From Thraustochytrium aureum (Eukaryota): 20,000 nt of DNA. The notes beneath the pieces were generated by a model that did no database searches, was not told where the DNA came from, and saw only the letters and a list, made by a program, of their open reading frames with translations. Of this stretch, positions 1-10,471 are shown in pieces. Where the stretch lies: assembly GCA_012862495.1 (NCBI GenBank), contig BLSG01000281.1, forward strand, positions 62,853 through 82,852, written 5' to 3'. The stretch's first letter is position 1. Each line of letters begins with the position of its first letter. The translations under genes and the position numbers were made by a program.

Positions 1-72
1 GACGAGTCCAGGCGCATATTGGCATGCCTCGAAGCCCGCATCGTCTGCCTGCCGATGGAGAAACCAGAGTAG
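1..72 (+). CDS. Possible 3' end of an upstream gene (DESRRILACLEARIVCLPMEKPE*)
   Basis: Open frame from base 1 to TAG at 70-72, followed by a C11 run and a more AT-rich UTR-like stretch; no motif recognised. Confidence 0.25.
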   Translation, partial: DESRRILACLEARIVCLPMEKPE

Positions 73-387
73 GCTGCGTGCCCCCCCCCCCGACGGATAT
101 CGAATGAAAGATTGCTCTGATCTTTCAGGAGCTGCTCGCGGGACGCGCGCCGCCTTGGTTACCCAGCTTTTTTATTTTGGCCACGGGTCGCTTGTCCCAG
201 GAGCAACCACGACGCTGTTGGTTTGCTTGCCCTGTACACGAAAGAAGAGAATGAAGAATGACAAGGAAATACCAATTTATTTGAGGTTTTTTGTTGTTGT
301 AAGTAAAAGGTCGCTTTTTTTGGCGGCCGCTGGGGCGGGGCTGGCCACTCCCCCCTGAACGGCTACTTCGCGCTCCCGAAACTCATG

Positions 388-1496
388 CTAGTCGAGCTCG
401 CCGAGGAAAATGACTCTGTCCAGCGACCCTGACGCAACCACCTGCTCGGTGGGATGGAAACCGACGCCCAAGACTGCGCCCGCGTGGCCTGGCAAGTCAA
501 ACACGAGCTCTCCCGTTCGCGCATCCCAGATCGGAACAGTGCTCCCAGCACAGCCCGCGGAGATCCGGTCCCCCTTGGGCGACACGGCGCATCGAAGCAG
601 CAGCCCGTCAGGGTTTGGGGGAGGGCGCCACCGTCCTGTGCAGCCAGAACGCGCAACAGGCGCGCTTCATCCCCGCCGGAAACAAACGGGCGACCGTCCC
701 ACTGCACGACATGCCCAGTCGAGCTGTTTGACACGAAGCAGGAGCCTCCATTCCCGCCAGCAGCGACGCCTGTGATGACGCCGCCGCTGCTCGGCCCGTG
801 CCGCAGCTCGAAGAGCACATCTGCCTTGCGAGTATCCCAAGCTCGCACAACACCGTCCACACCGCCGCTAAAGACCATTGTGGCATTGGCACTGCCGGCT
901 GCGAGTTCGGCAAAGCAAACGGATGCCACTGGAGCATCGTGCTCAAACACGGAGCTGCATCGCGGCCCCGCCCGCGGGTCCCACGTTCGCAGCGTGGCGT
1001 CGTCAGAAACGCTTGCCACGAGGCCCTGCCGCGACACCGTGCAGCCATTCACGAAGGCGCTGTGGGATTTCATGTACACGATGCATTTGCCTGTCGCAGC
1101 GTCCCACCACCGCACGGTGCGGTCCGCCGAGCACGAAGCAAGCCTCTCGCTGTCCGCTGACCACTCAACTTGCTGGACAGAGTTTCGGTGGCCCCGCAGC
1201 ACGCCCACGTTCTCCACGCTCGACCCAACCGACCACAGAAACACGCGCTTGTCGAGCGAACAGGAAGCCAGCCGCTTCCCGTCGGGCGAAAAGCTGACAC
1301 CGTTCACTGGACCCTCGTGCCCCTCCAGCCGCACGATAGGCGCAGGAAGGGACGACGTCCGTGGCACCAGCACGAGCGCGCTCGCGTTCGCCGCGTCCTC
1401 CGCGCGGCCGCGCTTCGCTAGCGGCAAGCTGTTCGCGGCCACGAGCGCTGCCGGCCTCGGGCTGCTGTCCGCGCCGCCGTCTCTGGCGCGTTTCAT
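388..1496 (-). CDS. SNRNP40: WD40-repeat protein, U5 snRNP 40 kDa subunit-like; one -1 frame break near 600-666
   Basis: ATG at 1496 (MKRARDGG). Motifs RTSSLPAPIVRLEGHEGPV, LRGHRNSVQQVEW, SHSAFVNGC and WDGRPF follow the SNRNP40 pattern. The last WD repeat (LLRCAVSPKGDRISAG...LPGHAGAVLGVGFHPTEQVVASGSLDRVIFLGELD*) lies in the adjacent frame (ORF 388..585). Adding one base to the G5 run at 617-621 joins the frames. Confidence 0.85.
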
Positions 1497-1617
1497 CGCG
1501 CCGCACACGCAGTCCTCGACAGCCGCTCCTGCTCTTCCGCCTCAACTGCCCCTACTACTACTCGCCTGCGCGCACGACATCTCCTTGGACATCTGGGTTA
1601 GGTCCGCGGCCCTTGGG

Positions 1618-1740
1618 NNNNNNNNNNNNNNNNNNNNNNNNNNNNNNNNNNNNNNNNNNNNNNNNNNNNNNNNNNNNNNNNNNNNNNNNNNNNNNNNNNN
1701 NNNNNNNNNNNNNNNNNNNNNNNNNNNNNNNNNNNNNNNN
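1618..1740. other. Assembly gap (123 N)
   Basis: N run between the SNRNP40-like and SBNO-like genes. Confidence 1.
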
Positions 1741-1889
1741 GGAGCCCGCCAGACCTCGTGAGCCCCGTGCTGCTGCGCGCGAGCGCCTGGACAACGCCCC
1801 CCACTCCTGCGAGCACCTTGGCGCCCTCGCGAGGGACCGCCCAGTGCGCGCTGCCAAGGCCGGCCGCGCGCGGAGCGGCGGGACGCGTG

Positions 1890-1960
1890 GCGCTGCCTTG
1901 AACGAGATGGAAAGCGCTGCGTTGAACGAGATGGAAAGCGCTGCCTTGAACGAGGTGGAG
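1890..1960 (+). repeat. 24-bp tandem repeat x3 (AALNEMES/AALNEVEA) overlapping the SBNO start region
   Basis: gcgctgccttgaacgagatggaaa / gcgctgcgttgaacgagatggaaa / gcgctgccttgaacgaggtggag. Confidence 0.9.
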
Positions 1961-4900
1961 GCGAGCCCCCCCCCAGCTCGGCTGGATCCCAAACCAATTG
2001 CGCCTGGAGTGCGCGAGGTAGAAGAGCTTGTCGAGGAGGACGTTCTAGAGAGCGGCAGCGCCGAGTCAGAGGTGTGGAATGAGTACAAATGCAACAGCCT
2101 CACCTTTGGCAAGCCCCACCCGGGCGACGTTGTCGAGCCCGCGTCGCTGGCAGCCGTGCGGCTCCCAACACTCACCTACCCTGTACTTGAATCCCTCGGC
2201 CTGCAAGCAGAGGGCGGCAAGCTCTCTCAGCTGCAGCTGGAGGGTGTGGCATTTGCCTGCCAAAAGCACCAGCACATCCTCCCAAACGGGTCACGCTGTG
2301 GGTTCTTCCTCGGCGACTCCGCTGGAATCGGCAAAGGCCGCCAGATCGCAGGCATCATCCTCGAGAACATGTCGCGCGGGCGCATGCGGCACCTTTGGGT
2401 GTCGACCTCCAGCGACCTCGGCAAGGACGCCGCCCGCGACCTTGGCGATCTCGGGTGCACCATGCCTGTCCATGAAGGCGTGCAAGCGCTGGATCGAGCG
2501 CGAGCCAAAGGCATGGGCATGAACTCCAGCGACCAGACCGGCGTTCTGTTCACCACTTATACGTCGCTCGTGACAGGCACAGGGACGCGGTCGCGCTTTG
2601 AGCAGATTTGCGCGTGGCTTGGCGGCGCAAACACATTTAGTGGCTGCCTCGTTTTCGACGAGTGCCACAAGGCGAAAAACTTTGCCGAGGGCGAGGACGC
2701 GGGCTCCAAAGTGGCAAAGGCGGTGGTCGCCATCCAGCAGCGCTTCCCGCGAGCGCGATGCGTCTATGTCTCTGCCACCGGCGTCACCGACATTGGCAAC
2801 TTGGCCTACATGGACCGACTGGGCTTGTGGGGCGAGGGGGCTGCGTTTCAGACGTTTGACGACTTCAAGACGTCCATGGGCAAGCGCAACCTTGGTGCGC
2901 TCGAAATGCTTGCTATGGAACTCAAGGGAACCGGGATGCACGTCAGCCGAGGGCTCTCATACCACCGCGCCACGTTCGAGTCCATCGAAGCCTGTCTCAC
3001 GCCCCAGCAGTACGCGATTTACCGCGAGGCCGCGGCCTTCTGGGTCGACCTGCACGCGGCTTTTCTCAAAGGCGTCAAGCTCGCAAAGACAAAGTTCCCC
3101 TCGCGCCCTTTCTGGTCGACTCACCAGCGCTTCTTCAAGCACCTTTGCATCGCCTTCAAGGTAGATACAATTTGCCAGCTCGCCTGCAGCGCGCTCGAAG
3201 CGGGCAAGTGCGTCGTGATCGGACTGCAGTCAACCGGCGAGTCTGCGCTCTCGTTCTGGTCGAAGGCGTTTGGTGCCAGAGCGGGCGCCAAGGGCAACGC
3301 CCTTCCAGCGGGAGTTCCTTCGCCGATTTACGCTGCGAATCTCATGCTCATGCACCTCATAGAGACGCACTTTCCAGCTGTCCCCATGAGCAGCGCTGAC
3401 CAAGAGATGCTTTGGGAAGCGGAGAAGGCGATCCACCAGGGGTCAGTTGGGGCAACGCCTGCATCCCAACCGACAGCGACACCCGCTTCGGCGTACTCGC
3501 CGTCGACGAAGCGGCCGAGCGGCTCGCAGGCTGTTGCAGACTCCGAGCCGATGTTTGCTGGCCAAGCCACTCTGGACGCTATTCGCGAGCTGCAGGGCAT
3601 CAAAGCCGCCCTGCTTGAGAGCGCCGCTGTGCTCCCGCTCCCAGCCTCTGCAGTCGATGATCTCATCTACCGCCTTGGCGGGCCTGCGCAAGTGGCAGAG
3701 ATGACGGGCCGCCGAACCCGCATCGACGCGCCGCTGACCTCGCCCGCCGAGCAGGCGCGCCGGGCTCTGGCTGGGCTCCCGACTGGCCTCGCAACGTGCG
3801 CGTCGCGGTGCAGGATAGCCCCGCGAGACAGTTGTTTGGGGTTGCCCTTTGACGCCCTTGTCTCCAAGTCTGCGCGTGCGGCGGACGATGGTGGCTGCGA
3901 ATCGCTCAACATTCAGGAGAAGAAGGCCTTCATGCGCGGTGACAAGCTCGTTGCTATCATCAGCGACGCTGCCTCGACGGGCATTTCTCTTCACGCAGAC
4001 GTCCGAGCAGTCAACCAACGCCGTCGCGTTCACCTCACCTGCGAACTGCCGTGGGCCGCCGACTCTGCGGTGCAGCAACTGGGCCGGAGCCACAGAAGTG
4101 CTCAAGCCTCTGCGCCAGAATACAAGCTCGTTTGCTCCGGGGTCGGGGGCGAGAACAGGTTTGTCGCCGCGGTCGCAGCTCGCCTTCAGTCCCTGGGCGC
4201 CCTCACTCACGGCGATCGCCGCGCCTCAAGTGGCGGGATGCGCCTCGGCGAGTTTAACTTCAACACCAACTACGGCAAGGCAGCGCTCGAGGCGATCATC
4301 GACTCTACAATGCGCGGCGCTGTGCCAGACGGCGTTGACACCGATGCCGTGATCCGCGAGACTGCCGGCCAGCTTGCATTGGCAAAACTCGCAGCAGCGG
4401 ACAGCGAGGGGGACAGCGAGGGAGGTTCAGGCGCCATGAATCCAGCAGACGGCGAGGAGGGTGCTGGCGCTCTGCATCTGGCGTCGCACTCACAACCGTT
4501 TGCAGGTGAAGGGGACTATTCTGGAGCGGGGCTCGCCCGATCGCGAACCAAGCCGACTTTGTGGCTTGTGTGAGCCAGGGCATCGCTCTCGCGCTTGACG
4601 ACACCTGCACATCCATAGAAGCCAGTGCCGCGCGGCTCAGCGCAAGCGCGGGCGACAATGACCGCATCTCCGTCAAGCGCTTCCTCAACCGCATTCTCGG
4701 CCTGCCAATTCACATGCAGGGTCTCCTCTTCAACTACTTCGTGGCCACGCTCGCTGCAAAGACGCAGCAAGCCAAGAACGAGGGCACGTTTGACGAAGGC
4801 GTCAGCGACCTCCACGCAAACTCGCTCACGCGAGCTGCGCCACCCGAGATCCTTTTTCACAACTCGAGCACAGGCGGCGAGCTTGTACTCCACCCACTCA

Positions 4901-6842
4901 AGCTCGATCGTGGGGTCTCCATGTCTGAGGCCGAGGCGCGACTCAAGGTGGCTGTGGAGGTGTTTGAAGCAGACGCTGTTAAGCGCGGCACTATTGGCGG
5001 CGATGGAGGCGGACTCTTGGACAGCAATGAGAATCGGAAGAATGAGGGCGACGAGCATGAGCTCGACGACGAGCATGAGCTCGACGACGAGCATGAGCTC
5101 GACGAAGAGGATGAGCTCGACGAAGAGCATGAGCTCGACGACGAGCATGAGCTCGACGAGGACCCGGATCAGGACGCCCGCTCAAAGCATAGTAGTTGCA
5201 GCAGCACGGCCGGAGCAGAGGCCAATGGCGCCAGTGCAAACTGTGATGAGCGTGTCCAAACAGAGGGCGAGGGAGCAGAGCCGCAGTGGACACCAAACGA
5301 GGTGGAAATTCGCGCACGCCAGCTCCGGGTTGGCGGGTTTTTCGTCTCGCGACGGGAAATGGTTGGACGAGGAGGAGGCGAGCTGTCGTACTTGCTCGCA
5401 GTCCGAAAGTCTCCAAGGTCTCGCATGTTTGTTATTTATCGGCCAAACACAGGCCGAGCGCTTGCGGAGAGGCCCGAGGCTGATCTGAACCGAATCTATC
5501 GGCTCGTTACGGCGGAGGAAACGCGCTCGCCGTGGACGCAAGCTTATGAGAGGTGCCTCGACAGCTGCCAGCACGGCCCCAGCTGCAATGTCGGCCCGCA
5601 CTGCCAGGCCGGCAAAAGAGTGAGCACAGTTGGTATTCTCGCAGGATGCGTTGTCCCGCTATGGAACCACCTTGCTGATGCTTTGCGAGACCAGTCGCTT
5701 CATCTTTCAAAGGCGGACCAGGTGCTTCGAATTATCCGAGCTCAACTGAATGACGGCACCCGCGTTGTTGGAATTCGCTGGCCTGCAATCGCCATGAATG
5801 TGTTGCGGTCGCGCATGCAGAGTTTGAGGTCCAATCTGACTGACGTTGTCCTCCGCGTTCCTATGGGAGCCCCGACCATTGGATTTTCGCTCAAGGGATC
5901 TCGGACGGTTGTGAATGTTTCCCAGGAGGTTGCTCGGACGGGCCTTCGCGAGGGCCACCTGCTCGTCCAGGTGAACGGCCTCGACGTGAGCGAGGCCTCT
6001 GCTGCCGAGCTAGTTGCCGTGCTACGTGCCCAGCTCGCGTTGGATCGGGTATTGCGTATATGCGTCGCAACAGAGAACGGCAGCTCGCCTGCGTCCGGCT
6101 CGCTGCTCGCTGGCGGAAAGCTCACGATTGAGGCGCCAACCCCGATCAACGCGCGCTCGCTGGCCCTGGCGTGCCGGGAGAGAAGACGATCCTATCGTTT
6201 TTCCACAAGAAGACCANNNNNNNNNNNNNNNNNNNNNNNNNNNNNNNNNNNNNNNNNNNNNNNNNNNNNNNNNNNNNNNNNNNNNNNNNNNNNNNNNNNN
6301 NNNNNNNNNNNNNNNNNNNNNNNNNNNNNNNNNNNNNNNNNNNNNNNNNNNNNNNNNTATCGTTTTTCCACAAGAAGACCAGCCAGAGCCAGCCCGCGGC
6401 AACTCAAAGACTTGGTAGTATCGTGCGGTCGGACCGCGCCTCACCGCGAGTGGACGCTTTGGAGAACAAGAATTTGACGCGTCGGCGCATCGAGGAGGAT
6501 GGCGGTGAGGAGGGCTTCGTGGGCGACAGTTTGTCAACTTGCGCTGCCCGTGCGTCTGACGCAGCGAGCGGTACCAATCAGGAGGCGGCGCGCTGTCCTG
6601 GTGGCGTTGGCAGTGCTTCAGCCCCGGTTCTTGTTGCGGAAAGTGCTGAAGAAATCCACGCCCTCGCCAAACGCAAGAAGAGAGAGTCGCTCGGCAAGAA
6701 AGACTTTGCAGGGTTTTTCAAACAACGAAGGACAACGGGCACGCCTGCCAGAGCGGACCAGCAGCCTGGAGCTCTGGGCACAGGGGCTTCCGCTCCGCTC
6801 GCTACTCGGCCGGCTTGCCGCGAGGTTATTGAAATTGACTAG
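1907..6842 (+). CDS. SBNO: Strawberry notch family SF2-like helicase with C-terminal PDZ-like domain; split over three frames (breaks at ~4510-4570 and ~6176) and spanning an N-gap
   Basis: Diagnostic motifs: LSQLQLEGV, GFFLGDSAGIGKGRQIAG, VFDECHKAKN, YVSATG, VVIGLQSTGE, AEMTGR, IISDAASTGISLH, ELPWAADSAVQQLGRSHRS. The protein continues in ORF 4561..6477 (VKRFLNRILGLP, EGTFDEGVSDL, LDRGVS, YRPNTG, CQHGPSC) and probably ends in ORF 6171..6842. The first visible in-frame ATG is 1907; the true start could lie in the gap at 1618-1740. Confidence 0.9.
5050..5157 (+). repeat. 18-bp coding tandem repeat x6 encoding (D/E)E(H/D)ELD
   Basis: gacgagcatgagctcgac unit repeated six times with few substitutions, in frame within the SBNO CDS. 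Confidence 0.95.
6217..6357. other. Assembly gap (141 N) with 24-bp identical flanks, probably an unmerged contig overlap
   Basis: tatcgtttttccacaagaagacca occurs at 6193-6216 and again at 6358-6381. Confidence 0.9.
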
Positions 6843-7015
6843 TTTTTGTGGCGGCAGAACGACCCCACACTTTGAATAGATCGTGCGTACCCCTACCTAC
6901 AGGACACCCTCAGCAAGAGTCGGCTTGGCAGGCAAGCGGAAGCCACCCGCAAGCAAGCAGGCACTTGAACGACAGAAGGCCCTTCTCTGGCGACCCCCCT
7001 GATCGGCCGTGTTGG

Positions 7016-8788
7016 CTACGGTCGTCCTGCCTGCACCTCAGGGGCTTCGAGCGCCGCTTTAATAAGATCCTTGTTTCGATCGCAAAGCTCCGGCGAAACA
7101 GCCGCCACGCGCGCGCTACGCTTGAGCTTGGTGGAGTTGTTTGCCATGGCGCTTTGCGCAACATGCGCGGCTACGTTGGCTTTTACCTGACTCGACCAAG
7201 GCGGCGCTAGAGAGTCCTCGCTCGGCTTGTGCTCTGCGCTGCGCTTGGCACTCGCCACAGCGCCCTCCCAAGAGCCGCGGAATCGATCTGTTTCAGTTGC
7301 CAAGTAAAGCAACACGTGCGCGAGACTCCAGAACGATGCGATCCACTGGGCTGCAGCGGATCGCGCCGCGATTTGCTCAAACGAGACGCTGGCCACGATT
7401 ACCACAAGGAGAACCACGAGCGCAAGCAAACCGTACGCATCCATGAAACGCGAAGGCCCAAAGAGCGATCTCCATATCCAAGCTCGTTGTATGATGAGCG
7501 CCACGACTGCCGCGAGCGCTGGAGTGGATGCCAAAAGGCTTGTCCCGGCGAACGGGACAAGGCTTCCGCAAGCCAAGAGCCCAGTGAGGAGCACAGGAGC
7601 CAGCACGAACTTGTGAAAAGGCCGTGCTCGACGCTGGAGCGGCAAAGCGTAGAGCGGCCGGCTTGAAAATGCGCCGCTGAGGTCGACGCCTTGGACGAGT
7701 TGCGGCGACGGGCCAACTTGCCACCCGGCGCTTACTTGCCGTGAAATGCAAAACTCCACGGGCTTGTGCAGTAGCGAAGCCGCGCCTGGCAAAAAGAGCG
7801 GCCAGGCGTGCTCAAGCGCGTCGAACGGGGAAGCTACGAACCGAAAGCGCCGGATTCCGCTGGATCTGCTGGAAGGCGCTGCGGGACCTGCCGCTGGCAC
7901 GTCCAACTCGAGGAGCACGCATTGCCTATCGAGGGGACTGAACATCGACGTGAGGCGCGCGTGGCTAAATGAACCGCCGCGGAAGAAGTACGTCTTGTGC
8001 ATGATTCCAGCGGTTGGGTAAAATGCAATATGCTTGACACCGAGCTCTGCACCCCCCATGCCACAGAATAGAGTTTGTGCTTCAGGACCGGGGTTTCGCA
8101 AGCCCCCGCTTGCTGGTTCTTCCTCGAGTATCAACACCTGGCTGCTTTGGCCAGCGTTTTCGCCCGTTGCGCGCTCGCGGTACCCAAGTAGCGCGAGCTC
8201 CTCGGCAGTTACAGGCCCTGGGCGGTCCTTGGGCCACAGAGAGAGTTCTGGGTAGAAGAAATGCACTTGCCCTGAAGCGACGCACGTGCCATCGTTCCCA
8301 AGCCTAGTGAGCTGGATATCTAAATGCACATAGCAAGGGCGCAGTTTGCCCTCGGACGCGTCGCTCTCCGCGCCCGCACGCTCCTCAATACCAGCACACT
8401 GTGGTGCGGGGCCTCCAAGCAGGCCAGTGATGCCATTGTCGACACCATGTGGCTCCACCTTGGTCCATCCCCGCGCCTTCGCAAGCCTCGGCCCAAGGAG
8501 CAACAGGACTTGTATTCCCCCAGTCCTTCTGCCCGCCAGCTCGTCGCAGCGAGCCACAGCCGGCCAGGAGCGCAAGCAAGCCCGGAAGACTGGCGAGCTC
8601 TGCGACAGTGCCAGGGTTGCGCTGTCCCGAGCCTTGGCCAGCCTCGGCTTGCCTCGGCTTGGCTTGGTCTGCCTTGGCTTGCCTTGGTCTGCCAAGCTGC
8701 GTGGGTTTTCGCAGCTGCCTCCTCTCCCTCGGGTCCGCTGTCCGGCAACTGCGTTCGTGCTTGCAGGTGGAGAGGCTGTGAAGAGCAT
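7016..8788 (-). CDS. Divergent pentameric ligand-gated ion channel (Pro-loop/Cys-less pLGIC)-like membrane protein; start uncertain
   Basis: Beta-rich N-domain with loop motif SMFSPLDRQCVLLEL (compare FPxDxQ), a W before the last strands, pre-M1 LPLQRR then FVLAPVLL (M1 proline), M3 signature FMDAY, and four hydrophobic segments with a short M3-M4 loop. The first ~110 codons include a pentamer repeat and may be UTR. Confidence 0.6.
   Translation of the reverse strand: MLFTASPPASTNAVAGQRTRGRGGSCENPRSLADQGKPRQTKPSRGKPRLAKARDSATLALSQSSPVFRACLRSWPAVARCDELAGRRTGGIQVLLLLGPRLAKARGWTKVEPHGVDNGITGLLGGPAPQCAGIEERAGAESDASEGKLRPCYVHLDIQLTRLGNDGTCVASGQVHFFYPELSLWPKDRPGPVTAEELALLGYRERATGENAGQSSQVLILEEEPASGGLRNPGPEAQTLFCGMGGAELGVKHIAFYPTAGIMHKTYFFRGGSFSHARLTSMFSPLDRQCVLLELDVPAAGPAAPSSRSSGIRRFRFVASPFDALEHAWPLFLPGAASLLHKPVEFCISRQVSAGWQVGPSPQLVQGVDLSGAFSSRPLYALPLQRRARPFHKFVLAPVLLTGLLACGSLVPFAGTSLLASTPALAAVVALIIQRAWIWRSLFGPSRFMDAYGLLALVVLLVVIVASVSFEQIAARSAAAQWIASFWSLAHVLLYLATETDRFRGSWEGAVASAKRSAEHKPSEDSLAPPWSSQVKANVAAHVAQSAMANNSTKLKRSARVAAVSPELCDRNKDLIKAALEAPEVQAGRP
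8632..8696. repeat. Degenerate pentanucleotide repeat (CTTGG/CTTGC/CTCGG)
   Basis: ccttggccagcctcggcttgcctcggcttggcttggtctgccttggcttgccttggtctgccaagc. Confidence 0.7.
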
Positions 8789-9097
8789 GCAGGTTATATC
8801 CGTTAGAGGCGGTCAAGAAGAGCACCAATGGCCGCTGTAGCCAACCATCGCGGGAAGGGCGAGGAACTCCTTGCGGGGCCTCGGGCACCTGCGAGGGCGC
8901 GCCGAGTGTCTTGCCGCGTTGGCGTGGCGCAGACAGGCCGCCGCTCCACAGACAGGCCGCTCCACGATGGAGGGGCAGATCACTCCCAAACTCTCGAGCT
9001 CTCGAAAAACAATTGATTCGCATTGGGGGTAACAAAGGGAAACAGCAGACGGACACTACGGCACAATGCTGCAGTGCGCAGTTTGGCCAAGGCCAAT

Positions 9098-10006
9098 CTA
9101 GGTGAACTTGATGATAGCGTGCTGCGACTGCTTCTTCTTGCTGCTGGCGAAAAACGAGCGCTTCGGGCCTGGCGAGGCAAGCGAGTCGAGCATAACCATC
9201 GAGCTCTCCGGCTTTAGGCCGCCATCGGCCTCCTTGATAGAAAAGAGAAGCGTCGACACGAACGAAAACGCAATCGAATTGAACAACACCAGGATGCCGA
9301 TGGCAATCCCGCCTGCCTTGGCGAAGTCGCGCATGATCTTGACGACGTCCTCATAGCAGCGGAAGCCTGCGGCGCGAAGCGTAATGTCGTTGTTCGCCGC
9401 TTCCTGCGCGGTCTCGGTGTACTTGGGGAAGGTTTGCTGGAGCGCTGCAATTGCGTCATCTCCGGCCCCGCGGCAGGCCTTTCCCGAGAACAGCTGGGAT
9501 GTTTCAAACACGGGCAGGTCGGGGTAGCCCCCGTCCGCTGTGTTGTACGTGCTGCGAAAGTTGAAGCCGCAGCAGTCCTTGTCGTCCTGAAAGAGCTTCC
9601 AGGTCTCCGGCTCTTCGATAAGAAAGCGCGTGAGGTCGCCTTCCACCGTCTCGCTCAGCACGGCCGTGTTCTCGCTGAACACCCCATTGCCGGCCATCAG
9701 TACGTACACAAACAGCGCGAGCTCGAGCGCGAGGAAAACCATGGTGGCCTTGAAAAACCACAAAAGCGACCTGCGCGTTTTCCGCAGCGCGCCGAAGAAG
9801 CCGACGGCCGCGAGCACCGTCTGCAGGATGAGAACGGCGATTGCGAGACCGGTCGCGAAGGAGGGTGCTGGCTGGACGGCAAGTCTGACCTGCACGGACC
9901 CTTGGTTCACCAGAACGATGCCATAGGCGACGCACCCGATCGAAGCGATCGCTACAACAGCGGTGCTCGCCAGAAGGCAGAAGCGGTGCTTGTCGCCGCG
10001 CAGCAT
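9098..10006 (-). CDS. Tetraspanin family protein (302 aa)
   Basis: Three N-terminal TM helices with GFFGA at the end of TM2 and E in TM3. The large extracellular loop has WKLFQDDKDCCGF (CCG motif) and two further Cys (ACRG, RCYE). TM4 and a cytoplasmic tail follow. Intact from ATG to TAG. Confidence 0.9.
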   Translation of the reverse strand: MLRGDKHRFCLLASTAVVAIASIGCVAYGIVLVNQGSVQVRLAVQPAPSFATGLAIAVLILQTVLAAVGFFGALRKTRRSLLWFFKATMVFLALELALFVYVLMAGNGVFSENTAVLSETVEGDLTRFLIEEPETWKLFQDDKDCCGFNFRSTYNTADGGYPDLPVFETSQLFSGKACRGAGDDAIAALQQTFPKYTETAQEAANNDITLRAAGFRCYEDVVKIMRDFAKAGGIAIGILVLFNSIAFSFVSTLLFSIKEADGGLKPESSMVMLDSLASPGPKRSFFASSKKKQSQHAIIKFT

Positions 10007-10063
10007 GGTGCCTGCCAGATCGTTCGTTTGTTTGGGCTTGCAAGGCGCGCTCGAAGGGCGCCT

Positions 10064-10154
10064 CCTGCTGCCAGCTGCTGCGAGCTAGTGCGCTGCTGCT
10101 GCTGCTGCTGCCAGCTGCTGCGAGCTAGTGCGCTGCTGCTGCTGCTGCTGCTGC
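10064..10154. repeat. Interrupted (CTG)n microsatellite within a duplicated ~40-bp unit, just upstream of the tetraspanin ATG
   Basis: Two copies of ccagctgctgcgagctagtgcg, each followed by a (ctg)6-7 run. Confidence 0.85.
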
Positions 10155-10471
10155 CTGCCGACGTGGCTTGCCCGGCGTGGCTTGCACGAGGGGGCTTGCT
10201 CGAGACGCTCGAGGAGGGCTCTGGACTGGTGCATGCCAGCAGCTGCACCTCCGTCACGGTGGAGCTCCATGTGTCACGCCAGCGGGCCTTCTCATCGCCA
10301 GGGTGTACTCTGCGCTGTGAAGCGACGTCCCTCTCTCGTTCTGCGAGGGAGGCGCATGTGCTGGCCTCCCTCACAGCGGGGGAGGGGCCACCACGCCCTC
10401 ACAAACAAAATTGAGATCACACGTGCCTCGTGTGCACGCACTCTCTAGAGCTAGAGAATTTAGTGAATAGA

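Noticed and set aside
1361..1617. N-terminal part of the 1070-aa ORF
   Set aside because: It overlaps the SNRNP40-like gene on the opposite strand, has a non-ATG start, and is joined to the SBNO frame only through Ns.
454..1761. Long antisense and alternative-frame ORFs (e.g. 454..1761+, 9434..10414+, 16592..17488-)
   Set aside because: These are shadows of real genes in GC-rich, codon-biased DNA, with no recognisable motifs.
4506..4552. 47-nt GT-AG intron (cag|gtgaag...ccaag|) that would repair the first SBNO frame break
   Set aside because: It restores the frame arithmetically, but the acceptor is AAG with no pyrimidine tract, and I found no comparable intron for the SNRNP40 break. Not excluded without RNA-seq.
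6193..6381. 24-bp direct repeat as the target-site duplication of an insertion
   Set aside because: The repeat exactly abuts an N-gap on both sides, typical of an unmerged contig overlap. Collapsing it gives a clean SFFHKKTSQSQ reading.
388..6842. SNRNP40-like and SBNO-like genes as pseudogenes
   Set aside because: Conserved motifs are intact and there are no nonsense codons other than those caused by single-base shifts.
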